Shown here one piece after another: positions 57,059 through 64,000 of a stretch of DNA of 64,000 bases. The translations under genes were made by a program, and so were the position numbers. Below the pieces are notes generated by a model. That model worked only from the letters and a program-made list of their open reading frames with translations. It had not been told where the DNA came from and made no database searches. The stretch's first letter is position 1. Each line of letters starts with the position of its first letter. Source of the stretch: a virus; IMG/VR virus record IMGVR_UViG_3300005613_002762, positions 32,001-96,000 of that record; one strand, written 5' to 3'.

Positions 57059-58987
57059 ATGGCAGTCGATATTAATAGTGAATTAAAAAAAGCAGCCAAT
57101 AAGACTAATGTTTATAAAACCTATAAGGAATATAAACAAGGATATGACGATTTAAAAAAGAAGGCCGGAGACTCGCAAGAACCGGCAAATAAGTTTTTGT
57201 CAAATCAGTTAGGTAAATTTGTTGAAAATAGAAAAAAACATACCTCAAACGCAAAGACTTTCATTGATGAACTAATAACTCAACTTAAAGAATTAAAAGG
57301 GTCGGGATTAGAAACCGATACATTAATAAAAAGAATTTTTGTTAATTCATTAAAAAAAATTAAACCAGAACTTAAGGATTTAATTATTAGTGAGGCTCAG
57401 AAGGCTTTAGCGTGTAGTAATTTACAAGAATATCAGTTCAACACCACTTATTATATACCAGTTAAATCTGTTGATTTATTTGGTATTTTGGAGTCATCAC
57501 CTCAAGAACGAGTTGGTAAGTTATTTTACGAAAAAGACCCAATTTCATTTAATTCTTTTCCTTTTTCCATGAATAAAGAATTATATGACAGAATACAAAA
57601 TTTAAATCAACCATATACCGCAGTTGCAGGAACCGATTATTTAGGAACATCACAACAAAATTTATTTGACATCAGTTATGTTGAAAGTTACTTTGACATT
57701 CCAACTCAACAAACCATACAAGGTAGCTTTTTTAAAGTGGATTTAAAACCAAGACAAACAGCACCTGTTATTGATGAATTTTTAAATGACTACTATAGCA
57801 CAATAGACATATTAGATTATAAAACATTTTTTACAAATTTAACTGATTACGTTACAGGGGCAATATCTTTTAGTAGAGGTGATGGTAAATTAAAATTAGC
57901 ATCAATTCAAAAGTCACTTATGATAATGCAAAGAATTTTGGGATTATGTTCAGATTCAAATAAAGAAATAAATGTTGGTGGGACATCTAAAGTATCAGAA
58001 GTTGACAACATTGACGAATCTTTCTATGAATTTACTGATATCGATTTAAGAATAATAGATCAAATCACATCTGATATTAAGTTAGGTGTCGTTGAATTTG
58101 AGGATTGTGATAATATAAAAGTTCCCATGAATGTTGATGCGGTTTTAACAGCATTAGATGATTTAGTATTTAATGAAGATACTTCGGATGTTAATGAAAT
58201 TAATAACGCTTTAGGTGTTATCTATCCTGTAGTTGATGAGGACCCTACTTTCAAACTGGCAATCGATGCTGGGTTCTTTCAACAATTTATAAAAGCACTA
58301 ACTAATACTGTTTTATCACCAAAGGCAGTATTACCGATTATGATTGCAGCTGGTATGGTAAATCAACCAATTTTCAATCAAATAGGTAATTTGGAAGATT
58401 TTTTAAAAAGATTTAAAAATTTCTTTAATGAATTTTTAACAAAAATCGCATCAGTTTTTACAAAGGCCGTATTTGACGAACTTAAAAAAGAAATTAAAGT
58501 TTTGGTAAGTCTTCTTTTGAAGGATATTGCAGATGAAAAAACTAAAAAGAAATATCGTATGATTTTGTCTATTGTTGCAATTTTACCAGCATTAACTCAA
58601 GTGGTTAAAGATTTTAGAGAATGTAAAAGTGTCTTAGATGAATTATTACAATTGTTAAATATTGGTGTTAGAAAACGACTTGACGTTTTATCTGCTGCGG
58701 GTGGTGATTTACCATTACCACTTTTACTATCCGCAAGACTCTTAGATGGTTATTCGCCGACAAGATCTTTTTTGAATACGGTTCAAAATTTACAAGAGTT
58801 AGGAATACCAACAGGGCCAATGCCAGATGGAAGTCCAAATAAGTTTTTAGCATCAATAAAAGCAATGATTGACGGTAATTCACAAGAAATTGCGGAAAAT
58901 GGAAAAGTCGCGATCGGAATAGGTCCATTAACAATTACTCCTGCGGGAGTTACAATACCAAAAGATGCATATGGAAAGTTCATTTAA
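57059..58987 (+). CDS. Hypothetical large protein, probably baseplate-related (642 aa)
   Basis: Long ORF upstream of the gp5-like gene; no motif recognised. Confidence 0.6.
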   Translation: MAVDINSELKKAANKTNVYKTYKEYKQGYDDLKKKAGDSQEPANKFLSNQLGKFVENRKKHTSNAKTFIDELITQLKELKGSGLETDTLIKRIFVNSLKKIKPELKDLIISEAQKALACSNLQEYQFNTTYYIPVKSVDLFGILESSPQERVGKLFYEKDPISFNSFPFSMNKELYDRIQNLNQPYTAVAGTDYLGTSQQNLFDISYVESYFDIPTQQTIQGSFFKVDLKPRQTAPVIDEFLNDYYSTIDILDYKTFFTNLTDYVTGAISFSRGDGKLKLASIQKSLMIMQRILGLCSDSNKEINVGGTSKVSEVDNIDESFYEFTDIDLRIIDQITSDIKLGVVEFEDCDNIKVPMNVDAVLTALDDLVFNEDTSDVNEINNALGVIYPVVDEDPTFKLAIDAGFFQQFIKALTNTVLSPKAVLPIMIAAGMVNQPIFNQIGNLEDFLKRFKNFFNEFLTKIASVFTKAVFDELKKEIKVLVSLLLKDIADEKTKKKYRMILSIVAILPALTQVVKDFRECKSVLDELLQLLNIGVRKRLDVLSAAGGDLPLPLLLSARLLDGYSPTRSFLNTVQNLQELGIPTGPMPDGSPNKFLASIKAMIDGNSQEIAENGKVAIGIGPLTITPAGVTIPKDAYGKFI

Positions 58988-59207
58988 TATTAACGAAAAG
59001 AAAATAAGGGCTGGTGAAGTTTTAGAAATTATTAAAGACTACAAAGAAAAGTCTAATAAAGATTTAAAAATTGCCATGGACTTTATTCAAGAAGATTTCA
59101 CTTTAACAAAAGAGTCAATATTAAAATTGACACATCATTTAGATAAGTTAGAAAATACATATAATTTACTATATAAAGAATATACTGAGAGGACTAAAAT
59201 AAAATGA
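58965..59207 (+). CDS. Hypothetical coiled-coil protein (80 aa)
   Basis: Overlapping operonic ORF. Confidence 0.6.
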   Translation: MHMESSFNINEKKIRAGEVLEIIKDYKEKSNKDLKIAMDFIQEDFTLTKESILKLTHHLDKLENTYNLLYKEYTERTKIK

Positions 59208-60754
59208 ATGACGATAAATTAATATCACAAGGATTTGTAATTAACAATCAAGACCCTTTAATGTTAGGAAGAATTAGAGCGGTTCCTGTTGAGGAGCTAG
59301 AATCTGCTTTATTACCTGAAGATTGGAATGAGGAGACTGATATATGGACAGAAAAAGATCCTCTAATTTATTTACCCCTTTTACCGTATTACATTAGTCA
59401 AGTCCCAAAAGTTGATGAATATATACACATATTCTATTACAACAAAAGACAAGTAATTGACAATTCAAAGTTTTATATTCAAGGTCCAATCACAAGACCG
59501 CAAAATAATAGTTTTGAATACTATAAAAATTCAGAATCAATGCTTGCAAGTGGGACATTTTTAAAACAAGCGAATAACATAAAAGATCCTTTAACTTTTG
59601 AATTAAAAGGTCAATCACAAGGGATTTACCCTGAACCTGGTGACAATTCTATTTTAGGAAGGGGAACGTCTGATGTAATTGTTAAAGAAAATGACGTTTT
59701 AATTAGAGCAGGAAAAAATATAAAAAGTCAAACCGCAGGGTTTAATCTACCGACACCAAGACAAAATAGAAGTTTTTTACAAATATCACTATACGATCAA
59801 GAAAAAAAAGAATTAGAACCAATAAATCGAAGAGTCTTTTCAAACAAACCCCAATTAGTTAAAAAATTAATAGAATGGGATATTACCGATGAGTTTATTT
59901 TGACAGGTTTTACAAGTGGAGGTGGGGTTACAGGAACAACAACATATAATGGTAATATTAAGTTATATTCTTTATTACCAAAAGATCAAACAAAAACTAC
60001 CGAAATTGATATGACCACACCTTTAGATTCTTTTAAAAGTGGTCCTGAATATACTTTAGACTTTACAGGTAAGACTTTAGATGAGGGTGTTAAAATAATT
60101 AATCAATTTATAAATGGTGTTAATCAAGGTAAAATAAATGTTGATGGATATACCCAATTTCCATTAGAGAATGATACCAAATTAGAAAAACAATTTCCAT
60201 TCTATTTTAGACCTTCAAAAGATAGTATTGACAAGTTGTCATCAACAGGGTCAACCGATTTTAACATGATTAACAATTTCTTTAGACGAATTAAATTATT
60301 ACCATCAGATCGTCAATTTGGAAGTGTTTTAGTTTGGTCAAAAAACGTTGTAGGGGAACAACTTACATTACAAAAGGAAACTTTAAGACAAAGTGTTTAT
60401 ACACCAAATCCGGTGTCGTATGGAACAATCGCCTCTGATTTTGTTTATTTATTATCACATAAATCAGATATACCATCAAAACAAAAAATTAATCTCGAAC
60501 CGAAAGAAACTCTATATGGGATTTCACAAGAATATTTTACGGAGCAAATTTTACCAAATACCGACCCAATGGTTAGAGGAAACGAACTTATGAAACTTCT
60601 AACATTGATTGTCAATTTTTTAGCATCACATGTTCACAATATTAATGAGGCTCCGATTCCAATTGGAACTGATGGGACTCAATTAGAAGATATAAGAAAA
60701 ATCTTACAAGACGCAGATAATTCAATTTTAAATCAAAATATTCGAATCAATTGA
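59204..60754 (+). CDS. Baseplate central spike / hub protein (gp5/VgrG OB-fold-like)
   Basis: VINNQDPLMLGRIRA...PLLP...PKVDE OB-fold start; C-terminal GNEL...SHVH metal-binding tip motif. Confidence 0.75.
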   Translation: MNDDKLISQGFVINNQDPLMLGRIRAVPVEELESALLPEDWNEETDIWTEKDPLIYLPLLPYYISQVPKVDEYIHIFYYNKRQVIDNSKFYIQGPITRPQNNSFEYYKNSESMLASGTFLKQANNIKDPLTFELKGQSQGIYPEPGDNSILGRGTSDVIVKENDVLIRAGKNIKSQTAGFNLPTPRQNRSFLQISLYDQEKKELEPINRRVFSNKPQLVKKLIEWDITDEFILTGFTSGGGVTGTTTYNGNIKLYSLLPKDQTKTTEIDMTTPLDSFKSGPEYTLDFTGKTLDEGVKIINQFINGVNQGKINVDGYTQFPLENDTKLEKQFPFYFRPSKDSIDKLSSTGSTDFNMINNFFRRIKLLPSDRQFGSVLVWSKNVVGEQLTLQKETLRQSVYTPNPVSYGTIASDFVYLLSHKSDIPSKQKINLEPKETLYGISQEYFTEQILPNTDPMVRGNELMKLLTLIVNFLASHVHNINEAPIPIGTDGTQLEDIRKILQDADNSILNQNIRIN

Positions 60755-60774
60755 TATTTATAAAGAAAAAGTAA

Positions 60775-62244
60775 ATGTCGATTCACAATTCCTACTTTAG
60801 TAGAAATAATACAATAGTATACAACAGTTATGTAAATACGGGAAGAAACCCTGTAATGCAACTGTATTACGGTGAAGGTGGTTTAGTTAGTCCTATTGGA
60901 TATTCTAGATTCATTTTTGATTTAGATCTAACATCTTTACGTGAAAAAATTGCTGACGGAACAATTTCTACAAATTGCCAAAATTCAAGTTTGACTCACA
61001 TATTGAAAATGACGAATACATCGTCGTTTAATAACGAATTATTAAACACATCGATGCCCGATGGTAGTTTAAGATCAACGTCATTCGATTTAATTTTATT
61101 TAGAATACCACCAATTAATTTTGATCCTGCATTTCCACAAATATGGGATGAGGGAGTTGGGTATGACTTTTATGATGTTCCTGATCAATTAGGACCAAAT
61201 AGAGATTATTCAGTAAGACCTTCAAATTGGTTTCAAAGAACAACAATTAATAATTGGCAACAAGCAGGAATTTATGACAATACAAACGGAGGTTTAGTTC
61301 CTTTTTCATCAATAACAATCGTTGACATCCAACATTTTGAATTTGGGAATGAAAACATCGAATTTGATATGTCCACAGAAATAAATGATGTTTTAAGTGG
61401 AGCAATACAAAACCCAACAGGGTGGGGAATTGCATATCTACCACAGGTTGAAAATTTATCAGGAACTACAGGGACATATTCAGTTGGGTTTTTCACACGA
61501 CACACACAAACATTTTATGAACCATATCTTCAAACAACATATAACGATTTAATTGATGATAGTAGAAATAATTTTTCTATGGGTAGATCTAATAAGTTAT
61601 ATTTATACGCATATGAAGATGGTGATTTTGTTAATTTAGATCAAAATCCTTTGGTATCACTTTCAGATTCTTCAGGAACCCCAATTGTTGGTCTTCAAAA
61701 TCTAACAACATGCAGAAGAACAAAAGGAGTTTATGAGGTGACGATTCCACCATTAATTGGTTATCAAACACCTTGCACATTCACAGATACTTGGTCTAAC
61801 ATTGAATTGAATGGATTTAATTTACCAAATCAAGTTAATGAATTTGTTTTATATCCATTTAAAAAAACAATACAAATCGGAACAAATACAAATGATCCAG
61901 CTCAATACGGATTTTCATATTATGGAATCAAACAAGATGAAAGAATATTAAATACCGATATTAGAAAAGTTGGGGTTGTTATTAAACAAGCATATACAAC
62001 AAACAAACAACTTCCAAACATAGATGGTCAATATAGGGTTTATGTAAAGGAGGGAACAACTGAAGTTATTGTTCAAGATTGGACAACTTTAAATAAAACA
62101 CCAAATGAATATTATTTCATATTTGACACAAGAGACAAAATTGCAAATGAATATTTCATTGACATTAAGGTTACAACTTCAGGACAAGTTAATGTTTATA
62201 AACAACAAATTAATTTCTTTATTGTTAATGTTAAACCAGAATAA
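60775..62244 (+). CDS. Putative structural (baseplate-associated) protein (489 aa)
   Basis: YSRFIFDLDL, WDEGVGY beta-rich pattern; follows the spike gene; TATTTAT upstream. Confidence 0.55.
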   Translation: MSIHNSYFSRNNTIVYNSYVNTGRNPVMQLYYGEGGLVSPIGYSRFIFDLDLTSLREKIADGTISTNCQNSSLTHILKMTNTSSFNNELLNTSMPDGSLRSTSFDLILFRIPPINFDPAFPQIWDEGVGYDFYDVPDQLGPNRDYSVRPSNWFQRTTINNWQQAGIYDNTNGGLVPFSSITIVDIQHFEFGNENIEFDMSTEINDVLSGAIQNPTGWGIAYLPQVENLSGTTGTYSVGFFTRHTQTFYEPYLQTTYNDLIDDSRNNFSMGRSNKLYLYAYEDGDFVNLDQNPLVSLSDSSGTPIVGLQNLTTCRRTKGVYEVTIPPLIGYQTPCTFTDTWSNIELNGFNLPNQVNEFVLYPFKKTIQIGTNTNDPAQYGFSYYGIKQDERILNTDIRKVGVVIKQAYTTNKQLPNIDGQYRVYVKEGTTEVIVQDWTTLNKTPNEYYFIFDTRDKIANEYFIDIKVTTSGQVNVYKQQINFFIVNVKPE

Positions 62245-62269
62245 AGAGATATTTATAAAATAAAATATT

Positions 62270-62875
62270 ATGGCAGATTATTATTATTCAGGTCAAAGTT
62301 GCGTTGACAATTCGGTTATTGCGGTATTGAGCGCTATGACACCATACAATATTGGTGATGTTGTTGGTGCAATTGGTCCATTTGATTGTTTTACTATTAC
62401 ATCTTTAGCAAATTCTGGAGACACAGGAACTTTAAGTATTGTTGATAGTTATGACGATTGTATTTCTTGTATTAAAGATGGAGGTGGTGTTTTTATTTTC
62501 TCAGAATGTTCAGATCCTACGTCATTATTTAGCATTGATGTTAATGAATTTAACACGGTTCCATCATTTCTTCAATCATATTATTTAGAATTAACAGGAT
62601 CGACAGGTTGTTTTGTATTTCAAGAATGGAACCCGTCAGATATTCCAGATGAATCTATATCGTTAATATTAGGACCATACGAAGAATGTAATGTATGTGA
62701 AGGATATAACATCCCAACTTCAGCAAATACCGAATACACACTGTGCACAACCGACTGTGATGGAAATCCTGTAGAGTTAGAATTTCCTCATCCTGTGTAT
62801 ACAAATAATTATGGAAATGCAGTTACTCAATTAAACGCAGTTCAATTAGGAGGACCAAACGGATTAAATAATTAA
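62270..62875 (+). CDS. Acidic Cys-rich putative virion protein (201 aa)
   Basis: Two internal repeats ending YDDCISC and YEECNVC. Confidence 0.6.
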   Translation: MADYYYSGQSCVDNSVIAVLSAMTPYNIGDVVGAIGPFDCFTITSLANSGDTGTLSIVDSYDDCISCIKDGGGVFIFSECSDPTSLFSIDVNEFNTVPSFLQSYYLELTGSTGCFVFQEWNPSDIPDESISLILGPYEECNVCEGYNIPTSANTEYTLCTTDCDGNPVELEFPHPVYTNNYGNAVTQLNAVQLGGPNGLNN

Positions 62876-62879
62876 TAAT

Positions 62880-63332
62880 ATGAGAAATTTAGATTCAATT
62901 ATTAGAAGAGTTATTAAAGAAACTCACGAAGAAAAATCTTCACGATATATGTTCTTTTCAAATTTAGAACAAATGAGAAGACAATGTGACTTACTTTTAG
63001 ATTTAGATAGAGATATGGTTGAGGAAATACTAGAACATGGACACGATTGGGCTCAAGACCATATTAGTGAAGCAAAAAATAATATGGATCAAGTTTTTGA
63101 TTTTTTAATGAATGAAACCAATTCCGATTCTGATATGGAAATGGAAGACAATATCATGATGGAAGGTAGAAAAAAAACAGGAACAAAACTTTGTGCGAGA
63201 GGAAAAGCCGCCGCTAAAGCCAAATATGACGTATACCCCTCGGCATATGCTAATGGTTACGCTGTTCAAGTCTGTAAAGGAAAAAAACCTGGTTTAGACG
63301 GAAAAAGAAGGTGTTCAGGGGTTTATTGCTAA
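62880..63332 (+). CDS. Hypothetical protein with acidic N-half and basic PSAYA C-domain
   Basis: IIRRVIKE N-terminus; AKAKYDVYPSAYANGYAVQVC. Confidence 0.7.
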   Translation: MRNLDSIIRRVIKETHEEKSSRYMFFSNLEQMRRQCDLLLDLDRDMVEEILEHGHDWAQDHISEAKNNMDQVFDFLMNETNSDSDMEMEDNIMMEGRKKTGTKLCARGKAAAKAKYDVYPSAYANGYAVQVCKGKKPGLDGKRRCSGVYC

Positions 63333-63405
63333 ATTTTTTTTTAAAAAATTTTTTTTATTCACTTTATATCATATATTTGTAGAACAAAATAAAAACTACA
63401 AATAC

Positions 63406-63834
63406 ATGAAAAAATTTTTCAAACGAATTTATAAGAGATTTAAAGTTAAAATGGCTCGAAGAATGCGAAATAACATGGTCACACATGAAGAAGTTGAGTT
63501 ACATGAAAAAACCGCATTTAAAATTTGTGTTAAAGTTATATCACACCCTTCTTCAGATTTTATGATTGCGCCACTATCGGATAAAAGATATGTGATTAAC
63601 GAAGATCTTAATCTTTTTATTATTATAAATTGGAATAAAGTTGAGATTACAAATCACATATTTCATTATGATGTTGTTTTATCAAAAAGGGATCACGAAA
63701 GAGTTATATATTTATACGATACGGAAACAGAAAAAAGAAGAACAAATACTGAGGCCAATGTAAAAGCAAATATTAAAAATTCTTTAGATACTCTATTATC
63801 CAAGATAAATCAGAATATGGAAAATAATAAATAA
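63406..63834 (+). CDS. Hypothetical protein (142 aa)
   Basis: ORF with A-rich leader; TATATTTG at 63372-63379 matches the Bacteroidota TAnnTTTG -7 element. Confidence 0.7.
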   Translation: MKKFFKRIYKRFKVKMARRMRNNMVTHEEVELHEKTAFKICVKVISHPSSDFMIAPLSDKRYVINEDLNLFIIINWNKVEITNHIFHYDVVLSKRDHERVIYLYDTETEKRRTNTEANVKANIKNSLDTLLSKINQNMENNK

Positions 63835-63999
63835 TTATTTTTTTCTTGGTTTATAACTTGTCATTACAGGTTTTTGACCTTTACCCCTTTGTGGATCTTT
63901 CTTTTCGGCAGTCCTTTTTTGTTGACAAGCCGATCTTTTTTGAGAATCCGACATTTTACTAGCAACGCCAGCAGCCCTACATTTTGGATAAGCACCTTT
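63835..63999 (-). CDS. C-terminal part of a basic YPKC-motif protein (starts beyond window)
   Basis: Manual translation KGAYPKCRAAGVASKMSDSQKRSACQQKR...KPRKK*; stop abuts the stop of the convergent gene. Confidence 0.7.
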   Translation of the reverse strand, partial: KGAYPKCRAAGVASKMSDSQKRSACQQKRTAEKKDPQRGKGQKPVMTSYKPRKK

Positions 64000-64000
64000 A

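Noticed and set aside
1-64000. Stop-codon recoding, as in some large Bacteroidota phages
   Set aside because: Genes are full length under code 11, and TAG and TGA end genes cleanly (e.g. 8852, 6247).

Overview
A 64-kb, AT-rich, densely coding segment of a large myovirus-type (jumbo-like) dsDNA bacteriophage. The host may be Bacteroidota, inferred from A-rich leaders without Shine-Dalgarno sequences. Structural genes (tail sheath, gp13/14/15-like neck proteins, gp5-like spike, several fibres) are interleaved, with frequent strand switches, among replication and auxiliary genes (family B DNA polymerase, SNF2 helicase, 3'-5' exonuclease, dUTPase, PhoH, NadE, an SOD fusion, J-domain, WYL, a late-sigma-like factor). 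The outstanding feature is about 15 glycosyltransferase domains plus nucleotide-sugar enzymes. They include two families known to glycosylate proteins: a GT60 polypeptide GlcNAc-transferase and a TibC/AAH-type autotransporter heptosyltransferase. These sit beside virion proteins carrying mucin-like Pro/Thr tracts and a proline-free Gly-Thr/Ser-X fibre of about 190 triplets, pointing to a candidate phage-encoded virion glycocalyx system. Also seen are a recurrent sense-strand TATTTAT motif upstream of starts (candidate late promoter, reverse of the T4 motif) and two structured mRNA leaders. No tRNA, rRNA or CRISPR array was seen. All family calls come from motif recognition by eye, not from database searches.
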